Of a DNA stretch of 64,000 nt, positions 12,560 to 23,517 are shown piece by piece. Source of the DNA: Psammoneis japonica (lineage: Eukaryota); assembly GCA_008632985.1 (NCBI GenBank), contig QPGO01000011.1:744001-808000 (forward strand), read 5' to 3'. A program made the position numbers and the translations under genes. How positions within the stretch are numbered: position 1 is the stretch's first letter; the number at the start of each line of letters is the position of its first letter. The notes under the pieces were generated by a model. That model had not been told where the DNA came from and searched no databases. It saw only the letters and a program-made list of their open reading frames with translations.

Positions 12560-12607
12560 CAGAATAACTGAGGGAAAGCACAACAGAATAACTGATGGAA
12601 AGCACAG
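12560..12607 (+). repeat. 24-bp tandem duplication (2 copies)
   Basis: CAGAATAACTGAGGGAAAGCACAA / CAGAATAACTGATGGAAAGCACAG. Confidence 0.8.
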
Positions 12608-13271
12608 GACAAATCATCAATACCGTTTCCGAGTAAAAATCAACGCATTTGCTCTACTGGAAATCTAGTCGTGAAAGACGAAACCCAAGCAGCTCCGAGA
12701 GAGAAGAATCTCGACCGAAATCACAAAACGAAAGTCACATTCATTCGATTCAAACGAAGCTGAACTCACCGTCGCGTGCTGTATATAGAAAGAAGACTCT
12801 CTTTCTGGAAAGGTTGGGATGAGAATCTTCTCGAGCGGAGGTACCTTACCGGTAAGCGGTAAGGTTAGAGGGGTGAAAAAAATGGGAGTCCAATATTTTG
12901 TATGGAGGGAAAGATTTATACAATACATAGTATGTGAACATCTATATAAGAATCTTTTTAAAAATTTGTTAAATAGAATTTGTCATATGAGTCACATCGT
13001 GAGAAACATGTATGAGGGACATAGAAATACTGACATGCGAACGTCAGATTGCGAACTCCAGAAGAAGAAGATGTGTCGGCATTTCTGATTCGAATCATCA
13101 ATCTCCCCCACTCTTGTTTGCTGTTGCTTCTTTTGCTAAAATCTAGAGTATCTGAATGCTCCGTATGTAGCGCTAATTTCTCCTGAGTGGCACTTTCGTT
13201 ATTTCAGTATCATCGTCGAGACGAATCAGACGCCGTTGGGCAGTCAGACGGAACAACAATTGAAATATACA

Positions 13272-13962
13272 ATGAGTGAGGAAAACAATTTAGTCAATGG
13301 CGTTGTTGAAGCAGAAACACTGGTGGTAGCTGTGGGGTCCTCGAACCCTTGCAAAATTGATGCGGTTCGAGACGCGCTCGAAACGGTGGCGAATCGTGAC
13401 AGCAGAGTGGAAATCAAATTCGAGATTTGTGCTTGTCGGTTGAGTCAGGCGTCCCACATCAACCCATGGGCGACGTGGAAACTAGATTGGGGGCGAAAAA
13501 CCGTGCCAAGGCCGCGTATGAATTGCACAAGGAGCGAAATTCGTGTGCTCCAGATCTTGCAGTGGGGCTGGAAGGTGGTTTGGAAGCAATGGGCGAGAGT
13601 GACGATGAATTGTGGTGTATGGCATGGATGGCAGTTTATGGCAAGAAAAGTAATCAGTCGGTTCTTCGAGCTTTATCTGAAAAACACGTCGAGTATTTGA
13701 GGGCAGAAAATGAGCAAGACGATTTGATTTTCGGCCTTGGCAAATCAGGAGCGTTTTTGTTGCCTCCAAAAATAACAAGGTTGATTCAACAAGAGGGGAT
13801 GGAACTGGGAGATGCCGACGATCAAATATTTGGTCGCATAAGTCAAAGCATGGCGGGGGGACTGTTGGGCTCGTTACAGATGGCGTGATCGATCGTTCAC
13901 ACTACTACCAGCATGCTCTCATTCTTGCTCTTGTTCCGTGGACTCGACCTGATGCATACTAG
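13272..13962 (+). CDS. YjjX-like non-canonical purine NTP phosphatase (ITPase/XTPase); two apparent 1-bp frameshifts (~13430, ~13840)
   Basis: VAVGSSNPCKIDAV, VESGVPHQPMGDVETRLGAKNRA, VGLEGG, GMELGDADD, and after the second shift GTVGLVTDGVIDRSHYYQHALILALVPW...stop. Tyr codons are retained, so it is not hypermutated. Confidence 0.8.
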
Positions 13963-14349
13963 AGCTTGCCTGTCAGCAGTTTCAACACTGTGCTTTGTTA
14001 GATGGCTGGGTGGTTGCTTGGTATGCAGAACATGACCTTGGTGGCGAATTGTTGTCATACTGGTAAGCAAACTTTAGCATTCAGTAGTTCGTTTCTCCTA
14101 AGAGAGTCTAGAATGCAGGCACGGTCGGTAAGATGTCATCATTGATTATTACTTTGCTGGACTAGGCAAGCATGGATCGGCATAATAAATTCCATTGAGT
14201 TGAGAGAGTCAAGAGTGTTTTCGACATCGCAAAGAGGCATGAGTGATTCATAGACCAAGAATCCGCATTCTCAGTTTCATCTTGGAAGACTAGAGAATCC
14301 AATTTACTGCTGCTCACTATCTTTGCTTGCAGCTATGATATCGCCTTCT

Positions 14350-14485
14350 CTCCAGAGGTAGAGTACGTACAGTAGGAAGTTCCTACTCTCTACTCATAGG
14401 GCCCTCTACTCTAGCTCTACTCTACTCAAGAGCTAGCTACTCTCTACTCTAGCTACTACTAGCTAGAGAGTAGAGTAGAGTACAG
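14350..14485. repeat. Low-complexity CTAG/CTACT/TAGAG tract
   Basis: Repeated ctactct, ctagct and agagtag units; very TA-rich and immediately left of the TA-depleted domain. Confidence 0.7.
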
Positions 14486-14556
14486 AATGAGCACGCCGTG
14501 AAGAAGCGACTGCATGCACGCATTGTGCCTGCGATGCTGCGCACACCGCACGGAAC

Positions 14557-14789
14557 AGTCACGACTCAACGTCATTCTGGTCGCATCTCACGACTACAAC
14601 CCAGACTCAGATTTTCTCTTCGAAATAAATAGCTCATCACAAAATCGATTCAAACAGAAGCAACGACATTCGTCATAATTTTTAGACAACAACTTTGAAC
14701 AAGCGTCTGTTTACCTCTGTCGCTGTTCACATTGCTACCAACCTCCGAGGTCTTGTCCATCCTGCCCGCTGCAGGACTGCATCTCGACT
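14557..14789 (+). repeat. 5' LTR (AGT...ACT termini)
   Basis: Aligns without gaps to 21551-21783 at 213/233 identical positions. Confidence 0.95.
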
Positions 14790-14951
14790 GGTTGTGGAGA
14801 CCAACTTGCGTGTTGACGAGAGCTCCTGACCGAGTCATCATCACGGACGCTTTTGGTTTTTGATTTTGAAGCAAACCCGGGAAATAGCTGAGTCTCTCTC
14901 GCTTCTCTCGTCTTCATTCTAACAAGAACCTCCCATGCTGCACTCTCTGTC

Positions 14952-17900
14952 ATGGCCACCATCGACCCGGATGTTCTGGCGAAGGCGTTTGCCGATGCAA
15001 TGGCCGCTGACGCTGCAGCAAACGCTCCTCCGCCTCCAACCAAGCCGTCACGTGGCGGAATTCACCCAACCCACGGGGTTTACATTGGTGGTTCCAAACT
15101 CGATGACAACTGTGAACAATCCAACGACAGAACCCACCGACTCGCCTCTCAGTGCCGTCATCCCAAGGCTCTCGACTCGACAGAACGATCTCTCCGCGAT
15201 CAACAAGCTTCCGCAATGACTTCCAAGTTCAACGGTCGACTTGAGATTTCAGACGGTCCCATCAACAAGCTTGACAAGGACCATTTCGTCAAGACCATTC
15301 GAGATCCAGCAGAAGCCCACGGTCAGCAGACGTTCTGCCATGTCAAGAACAGCGACGACAAGGTTCAACACATCTTCGAACATCTCCACGAGTTTACTGT
15401 GACCGATCTCGTGAATGAATACAAGGTTGGGAAAGCAGCCTCCGATGATGCCAAGCACGACGAGATCAAGCTCGACGATGTCGGGCTCTCTCAGCCACTC
15501 GTTCACTCAAGAATCACTGACACCTTTCTCGAGAAAATCGAGACCAAGTTCAACCATCTCAAGGACCACCAAGACCACCCTGGATCTGTTCCATTCATGA
15601 TGGCTCTCGATGCTTGCAATGCCAGCGCTCCAACGGACATTGAGACAGCCAAGAAGCAGCCAGAAGACCTTGGTTTGGTTGGCCATCCCGGCGAGGATTG
15701 CACGGACTTTGCTGCCGAAGCTCTTCGCATCATGAAAATTGTGCAGACCGACCACACGCTTCCGGCGAACACAAGCTCCAAGCTGCTCCACAAGATCTCC
15801 TCTGTGTCCTCTGAATGCTTCAATCGGAGAGTCCACAACAAGCTTGACGACGTCAAGGCTGTGGAACGCAAGCACCGCCTCAACTGACATCACGTCCAAC
15901 AGTGATTGCAACACGCTCGGACCTGTCGGTGTCATTGCGTGGATTCAGGAGCAACACAATGAACTCGTGAAGGATGGGGAGTGGCCTGCTTTGGTCGCCA
16001 AGCTACCCGAGAGCAATCTTTTGACTACGGACAACCCTGGGAAGACGAAGCACTGTTGTGGTTGCGGTCTCGAGGGGTGCACCAAGAAGACGTGCCCGAA
16101 GTGCAATGCCAAACGCCGAGCAACGATCCTCCTACGAATCTGCCACCTGCAGATGACCCTTCCAAGAAGAAGCGGAGACCCATCGCTGCCTGGTGCATTG
16201 AATTTGACGGAGAAACGAAGAAGGACAAGAATGGCAAAGAACGAAAGTGGTGTGCCACGTGCACGGTGAAGGGTGCCGACAAACCTGGAATCCACCAGAA
16301 GCACTCTACCGCGGAACATGCCGCAGACCACAAGCATCCTCCCAAGGAAACCCCAGCCGGGAATCTGTCTTCCGTTGCTGATCTGGACAGTGGCGTGCCC
16401 ATGGGTCCACCAGCTCAGACCACCAAGGAACCAGAGGGAGACGAGTCCGACCCCAACGAGTTGGTTTTCACGGGAATGTGGTGCGCGGCTACGGATGCCG
16501 TTGCCGACCCGGATTTCTTTTCCGACCCTGTTGCCACTGCAGTTGTTGTTCCTCCGGCTTCTTCGGCCGAGAGGGAGAGCGACACAGTCGTCAGCACTGA
16601 GGTGCTTTGTAACGAAACGAGCCCACCTGTGCTCACCTCAGTCGTGGATCCAGTCGTGTCTCCCATCGTGGTTGAGACTGTCACTCCCGAAGACGCCGAT
16701 GACTTCTGCGAATGCTCCAATGCTTTCTCTACATTTGAAAACGAACCACCGGCTGTTGAGTTGTTTCCGGCCTCGAAGCTGTGCTCCATCAAGCATCCAG
16801 ATGAGTTCTTTGATGCTCCCGCAAATTTGATGGACATGCTGTCAGACGACACAAAGTTAGATCTCATCCTTGAACATGACGCACACTTTGAAGACGCACG
16901 CGACAACTTGCCTCCGTGTGTCACATGTCGTGGCTTCGATTTCTATGATCCAGAGATCCTGGATGCGGATGATTGTCACGAGGACGTCGAAGACGAGCCC
17001 ACTTCGCATCGATCAATCTTGGGACGGGTCAAGCCATTCACATTCTGGCTTGCCGCCATGTTTTGGGAAACGGCACTGCACTTTTGCTTTGCTCCAATCC
17101 CAAGCATCCCTCGAGCTCTACGCCGCCAGGGCAAACTCCCAACCTTGCACGGGTTTCCAGCCTCTTGGATGGTCCCATCCGTTGCAGTTGTGGCATGGTC
17201 AGCAGTTTACGCCGGTCGACAGCCCGAGCATCCATTCTCGAACGTGCCAAGCCGTTTTTCGACCGCCAGCTCTCAAGTCTACCACATTGTGGAAGAGCCA
17301 GATGACCGGATAGTGTTAGATGCGGGGTCACTGTTCGAACATCACAGGATCAAAGGCACGCAAGTGCTCACCGAGTTTGTCGCGCGCCATCCGTCACACG
17401 CACTGAGCACTCGTCTCAAGGCCTGCTGGGAGAGCCTGGAAGTAGCTGAAAGGTCTGACACGACAGACAAATCAGCCTTCTTTGATGCCCATGAGGAACT
17501 GGAACCTCTCGACGACCAGAAGCATTTCTTGGACGCTCTTGAGGACTTCAGCCCAGATTTCTTCCGGTTTGATGAGCTCTGTCTGCCCAATCACATCGTG
17601 GACACTGCTCATTTTCAAGATCCTGTGGAACTGTTGGAGGACGCACGTGTTGGGCCAGTCGTCTACAACACCTCCACCATCCAACCACTCACCGGACAAT
17701 CTCAAGCCGACCTTCTTGCATCCGATCCACAGGCACTCATCGGTCTGTCGGATGAAGCTCTGACGGTCGTCATGGATGCTGGTGCCACGTTAGCTGTTGC
17801 CCCCGATGAAGATGATTTTACGGGGCCTGTGACTGTTCCCAAGAAACCCTTGCAAATCAATGGGATTGCCAACGGTCTTGCCATCCAGGGCACTGGTCCG

Positions 17901-20900
17901 GTTGCATGGGTGTTCACCATGCCGAGTGGCGCTGCCATCCAACTGAACACCATGGCGTGCCACGTCCCTGGAGCCCGTCAACGCCTGCCATCGCCTCAAT
18001 GCCTCTTCAACGAAGAGAAGGGGGTGCGTGGGAAGTGTGAGGGCGATGAAACCACTTTCCGTTTGCACATTGACGGGACAGGCAAGTTGGTCGTGCCACA
18101 TCACCCATCAAGCCACTCACCCATTGCATCGATGACCAAGGGCGCATCTGCCGCTCCACAAGTGAATCTACAAATCCTCAACGAGGAGAATCAAAACCTC
18201 ACGGCAGGCCAAAAGCTTCTTGTCGAAATGCACACCCGTTTTGGCCATTTAAACTTTGGTTGCGTCCAAGCACTTCTCCGCACAGCTCCGTTCCTGTCGA
18301 ACTGTTTCAAGTCCGCAGCAAAGTGTGACCACCCAAGATGCGAGGCATGCGAGCATGCTAAAGGTCACAGACGCTCCCTTGGATCTACTCACAAGTCGAC
18401 AGTCCCTGAACGCGACGGGGCCCTTCGAGCTGACCATCTTCGACCGGGTCAGGCTGTCAGCGTTGATCATTTTGAGTCGCGCCTTTCAGGCCGAACCTTT
18501 GACTCATGTGGCAAAGCCATGTCCAAGCAATTCAAGGGCGGTTGTGTCTTTGTCGACCACGCCTCTGGTTGCATCCAGGTGAGCACCAACTGGGTTTCTC
18601 TGCTGTTGAGACGATGCAAGCGAAGCAAGCGTATGAGAAACATGCTTTGGACCACGGTGTCATCATCCAAGAATTTCTCACCGACAGTGGCACTTTCAAG
18701 GCCAACACTTTTGTGCAACATGTGCGAGATCATGAACAACGTCTCCGTTTTTGTGGAACCAATGCCCATCATCAGAACGGCGTCGCAGAGCGGGGTGTCC
18801 GAAGCATCTCCAACATGGCGAGAGCGATGTTGCTTCATGCATCAATCCACTGGAAAGGGGGAATTGACAGCTCCCCATGGCCCATGGCTGTTTCTCATGC
18901 CACGTGTGTCTGCGCTGTCACCCCAAATTCCAAGGGACATTGCCCAGTGGACATTTTCACCGGTTCGACAGTGCCAAGACACCGTTTGCGAGACATTCAC
19001 ACATGGGGATGTCCAGCGTGCGCACTTGATCCGACCCTCGCTTCCGGAAAGAAACTCCTGCATTGGGAACCTCGCACTCATCATGCTTTGTTCGTGGGAC
19101 TCAGTGCCATCCATTCCAGTGAGGTTCCTTTGGTCCTCAATCTACAAACTGGAAGTGTTGCTCCTCAGCGTCATGTGGTCTTTGACGATCTCTTCACTGC
19201 CGTGCCATCAATGAGAGGGAGACGGATCCACCTGATCACTGGGAGCACCTGTGTCTCAACCAATCGACATGCATCCCTCTGGAGAAGGATCAAGCAGTTC
19301 ATTTGCACAATGAGTGGCTCACCCCTCCAGAGCGTCAACGCAAAGAGCGAGAACTGGCCAGAGCAACACGCATTTGCGGCCATTTTGAGCCCACTCCATC
19401 GATTGCTGTGCCGGATTCACCCACTTCTCGCGATGACGTTGCCGATCGAGTCGCACCTGCGACTCAGCAGCCAATGCCACCAGTCCCACCAGCGACTCAA
19501 ATTCCTGCAGACTCTGCGGACTCTGCGCCAATTCAGCCACCTGAACCTCAAGTCAGTGACAAACTTCCGCCACCCGAAGTGCCGATGGAACCAACAGCTC
19601 CTCCCCCAGTCGAGACACCTCCTGTGACGAATCCAGAGGGAGTGTCAGGGCTGCGACGGTCTTCACGGTCAACCAAGGGACAGCTCAACTCTGCCAAGTT
19701 TGTGGATGAAGTCCACTTCAGTTCCGTCAAGGAAATGCCACTGCCGATCGGACACGAGGCTCAACTGGCTCATCTGGCGACTCTTGAGACAGATTTGGAC
19801 AGTGGCACCATCAACATTGGCGATCCACGAGCCTGCGCAGCTAGCAAGAAACCAAGGACCCTGGTGTGTCTTCATCACACAATCTCTGAAAGGTCCGGAC
19901 GCCGACGAATGGATTGAGTCGATGAAAATTGAAGTCAACGCACTCATGCATCTTCGAGCCTGGAAAGCAGTCGAGCGTCAGCCGCACATGAATGTGCTTC
20001 CAGGCACATGGGCACTGAGCTCAAGAGACTCCCAGATGGAACCCCTCTCAAGTGTGAGGCCCGACACTGCGTCCGCGGTGATTTGCAGAAAGAAGGAGTC
20101 GACTGCTTCAAAACCCACGCGCCGGTTGTGCAATGGTCCAGCGTCCGACTCATGCTCACTGCGGCATTAAAGGAGGGATGGACCACACGTCAGGCAGACC
20201 ACACCACAGCCTTTTGCCAAGCTGATGTCGCCGAGGAAGTTTGTGCAACACCGCCGAAGGGTTTTGCGCCGAGGTCGGGACTCAATGTGGTTCTCAAACT
20301 TTTGAAAGGACCACACGGCCTAAAACAGTCTCCCAAGGGCTTCTGCGAGAAGTTGCGAGCTGGTTTAACCGAGCGCGGATGGGTGCCTTCAACCACAGAC
20401 CCCTGTTTGCATTTCAAAGAGGGCATGATGTGTGTGGTGCACGTCGACGACACCGCATTTGCTGGAGCTTCAGCTGAAGCTCTGGAGGAAGAAATTCACA
20501 AGTTAGGAGTCTCCGACGACGAACATTGCCACGCATTTGAACTTAGAGACGAGGGAGAAGTCGGCAACTTTCTCGGCATCAAGATCGAAAAGCTCTCCGA
20601 GGGTCGATTTCTACTCACTCAACCCGGTCTAATTGACAAGGTCCTGCGCACCGCACAGATGCAGGATTGCAATGGAGCATCTGCTCCAGCTCCACCTGCG
20701 GCCATTGGTGCTGACACGGATGGCCTGCCTTTTGATGAACCCTGTGATTGTCGCTCAGTTGTTGGAATGTTGATGTGCTTGGCAGCGAACAGCCGGCCAG
20801 ACATTGCACATGCCACACATCAAGTGGCTCGATTTTGTTTGCACCCCGAGCGTCCCATGCTGCTGCAGTGAAGCGGACACTCTGGCACCTCAAAGCAACT

Positions 20901-21530
20901 GCTGCTGAAGGTCTCATTCTCAAGCCTGCGCAAGACCATCGAGTTGATTGTTGCGTTGATTCTGACTTCACGGGGTTGTTTGGTGTGGAAGATGGTCAAG
21001 ACCCAGTTTCTGTCAAGTCCAGGACTGGATGCCTCATCTGCTGCACCGGCTGCCCGCTTGTCTGGGTGTCCAAGCTGCGGACTCTTGTGGCATTGTCGAC
21101 TGTGGAAGCGGAATGTGTCACACTTTCTCAAGCCATGCGCGATCTCATCCCCATTCGTGAAGTTCTCAAGGAACTCAACCACCATGCACTCGGAAAGTCT
21201 GACCGCCAAAACCCTGTCACGACTCACTGCAAGGCTTTTGAGCTCGCAAACCAAGGCACTGATGACTCGCCTGTTGAGCAGAATGTCCCACCTGCATCCG
21301 TTGTGTGCGAAGACAACTCCGCGTGCCTCAAGTTCGCACGCATGCCTGAGTTGTCTCCACGAACCAAACACACCGGTGTCCCGCACCACTGGTTTGGGAC
21401 CAAAGTCGAACAATTGGAGATCGACATCCAACCTGTCAGCACTCCAGAGCAACTGGCCGATCAGTTCCCAAGGGGGGCTTGCGGACCGATGCGTTCCGTG
21501 TGGCTGGAAAGGCTCTTGTGGGCTGGTGAG
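14952..21530 (+). pseudogene. Degenerate gag-pol polyprotein of the copia element
   Basis: Spread over ORFs 14952, 15739, 15981, 18506, 19303, 19700, 20008 and 20748. Gag Cys/His motifs (CCGCG..CPKC; WCATC..HSTAEH) and PR, IN, RT and RH motifs are recognisable, with Tyr replaced by His/Cys. Confidence 0.9.
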
Positions 21531-21550
21531 CTCTCTCGGTTGAGAGGGAG

Positions 21551-21783
21551 AGTCACGACTCAACGTCATTCTGGTCGCATCTCACGACTGCAACCCAGAC
21601 TCAGATTTTCTCTTTGAAACAAATGGCTCATCACAAAATCGATTCAAACAGAAGCAACGGCATTTGTCACAATTTTTAGACAACGACTTTGAACAAGCAT
21701 CTGTTTGCCTCTGTCGCCACTCACATTGCTGCCAACCTCCGAGGTCTCATCCATCCCACCCGCTGTGGGACTGCATCTCGACT
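21551..21783 (+). repeat. 3' LTR
   Basis: Preceded by the PPT and followed by the TSD GGAAC. Confidence 0.95.
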
Positions 21784-21883
21784 GGAACGCACAGCCGAAG
21801 ACTGAAAGCGCAATCAGATCCTTCTCGCATCGTCCGTCATCCAGTTGTTGTTTGCATTCTTGAAGCCATGGCACAGTCTAAAC

Positions 21884-22872
21884 ATGGGTGGTTCATCATC
21901 GAAACCTGTCAAGTTCCTTCCCGAGTTTGAGAAGAATCTTCCTTCGCTCGACAGCAAAACGGTCGCCATTGCTGGCTGCACGTCGGGGACAGGTCTCATT
22001 GCCGCAAAAGTGTCAGTGCACAAAGGTGCCAAGAACGTGCTGCTTCTGAACCATCCTTCGGAGCGAGCCGAAAATGCAGAAAAAGAAGTCAAGGCCGAAA
22101 TTACGGACGGTCAGAAAACAACGGTCGAAACAATCCCGTGTGATTTGCAAGACTTTGAATCTGTAAAGAACGCAGCTGCCGAAATCAAGAAGAAATGCAG
22201 CGCTGTCGATGCACTTTGCAACAATGTGGGTGTCATGGCAATGGAAGATGAGGCCACCAAGGATGGACACGATGTGCAGATCCAGACAAATCATCTTTCC
22301 CACTTTCTTCTCACCAAGGAACTCTTTCCTCTTTTGAAGAAAGCTGCAGAATTACGTGGAGAAGCACGTGTCGTTGATCACAGCTCGATGGCTCGCAAAG
22401 GTGGTTTGCTTGAGGCTGAATGCTTTGGCAAGAATGGAGGCAACCTTGGAGGAAACTCAAACAGTCTGCATTCAAGCAAAGGCAAGTGGCAAGATGCCAC
22501 CAGTCCAAGCTCGCCAATGTGGTTTTCACCCTTGCATTGAATGATCATCTTGGAAAGGACAGTGGTGTCAAGGCATTCTGTGCTGCTCCAGGATGCTCTG
22601 TCACTGACCTGCAGACTTCGTCGCAAGGCATGGGAGGAGCAATGTGGACTCGTTTCATGGCTCAGTCCGCAGAAGACGGTGCCATGCCCCTGCTGCAGGT
22701 GTGCCATGGCCAAAATGTCGAAAGCGGGGACTTTTGGGAACCGGCAAACCGAGGAAACATGGTTGGTCCAGCAGTGAAGGTGGAGCTGACCAAGGAATGC
22801 ACAGATGAAGATTCTCGCAAGATGCTCTGGGAAGCATCAGAAGAAGCTTGTGGAGCGTTTTCTTTGGAGTGG
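21884..22872 (+). pseudogene. Short-chain dehydrogenase/reductase (retinol dehydrogenase/WWOX-like), hypermutated
   Basis: MGGSSSK N-terminus, AGCTSGTG Rossmann motif, CDLQDFESV, LCNNVGVM, QTNHLSHFLLT. The catalytic motif reads RCHQSKLAN instead of YxxSK, and the protein has no Tyr. There is a 1-bp shift near 22492 and the probable stop at 22870-22872 reads TGG. Confidence 0.85.
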
Positions 22873-23517
22873 CAATTTGGCATTTTAGAAGCAAGATGCA
22901 GGCAAGAATCTTCTCCCAAAAATGCACGCCGCACTCTGCCTGCGATGATCGCTTTGCGTGGACTTTCTTTGCAAATGCATGCGCAATTGTTTGAAAAGCT
23001 GAGAACACCTTCGGCATCATGTTGATTCCGCAGAGCTCATCTGCAATTCCTGGCCCACAGTCCTGGTGCAACGAACCAGCGCCAGAGAGCCAGCTTGGTT
23101 GTTGGACTCTGCCACATCTCAAAAAAGTTCAGCCTCAGAGAGGAACCTCCGCTTGATCACAGTCGTACCTTCAGCTATTGCTAGCTAGCTTAGCTCTGGA
23201 TGCCGGTACGACGATGCGAGCGATAGAAAAGATGATGGAGTTAGATGCGGCACCGGCAGTCGTGTAGTGAGTAGACCTCAGTTTGAACGTCCGTCCGTCA
23301 GCCCCATTATATGCCGTAGATCGCAACCGCCAAAACAGGATAGACTAATCTGCACCCTCCAACATCGCCTCAACGTCGCGTCGCGATCTCGTCGCATATA
23401 ACGCTGTCAAAGCAGCAGCCAAAGCACATCAACCATCCGTTCGGTGGCATATGCAGAGACAAAGCCATAAAATCAGCTCTTAATCTGTGTATTTCTTAGT
23501 TGGTCTAAAAAATTGGC

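Larger units (their letters stand above)
14557..21783 (+). mobile_element. Full-length Ty1/copia (CoDi-like) LTR retrotransposon, inactivated by TpA hypermutation and frameshifts
   Basis: Two 233-bp LTRs; 5-bp TSD GGAAC (14552-14556, 21784-21788); PBS-like GGTTGTGG at 14790; PPT TGAGAGGGAG at 21541-21550. Domain order is gag-PR (VMDAGAT)-IN (HxxFGH..CxxC, VSVDH, LTDSG, NGVAER)-RT (HVDD)-RNase H (VDSDF, EAEC, EDN, LAD). Confidence 0.95.

Noticed and set aside
12560..12607. CRISPR-like repeat
   Set aside because: Only two adjacent copies, no spacer, eukaryotic context.
7760..13845. Frameshifts in the HRD1-like (~7768), START-like (~12087) and YjjX-like (~13430, ~13840) genes as pseudogenisation or programmed frameshifting
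   Set aside because: Each is fixed by adding one base to a short homopolymer and motifs are otherwise intact, which is typical of long-read consensus error. The same may apply to several shifts in the copia element and the SDR. Needs a read-level check.
20008..21617. Alternative genetic code or Tyr-avoidance as the reason for Tyr-free proteins
   Set aside because: Neighbouring genes use Tyr normally, and TA loss also affects Leu/Ile/Val codons, codon junctions and non-coding LTR sequence.
14557..21783. ADAR-type RNA editing or RT error as the source of the A->G changes
   Set aside because: Changes occur on both strands, differ between the two LTRs and extend beyond the TSD into host DNA.
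21884..22872. SDR as cargo captured inside the LTR element
   Set aside because: It lies outside the 3' LTR and TSD. Capture by a larger enclosing element cannot be excluded, but I found no termini for one.
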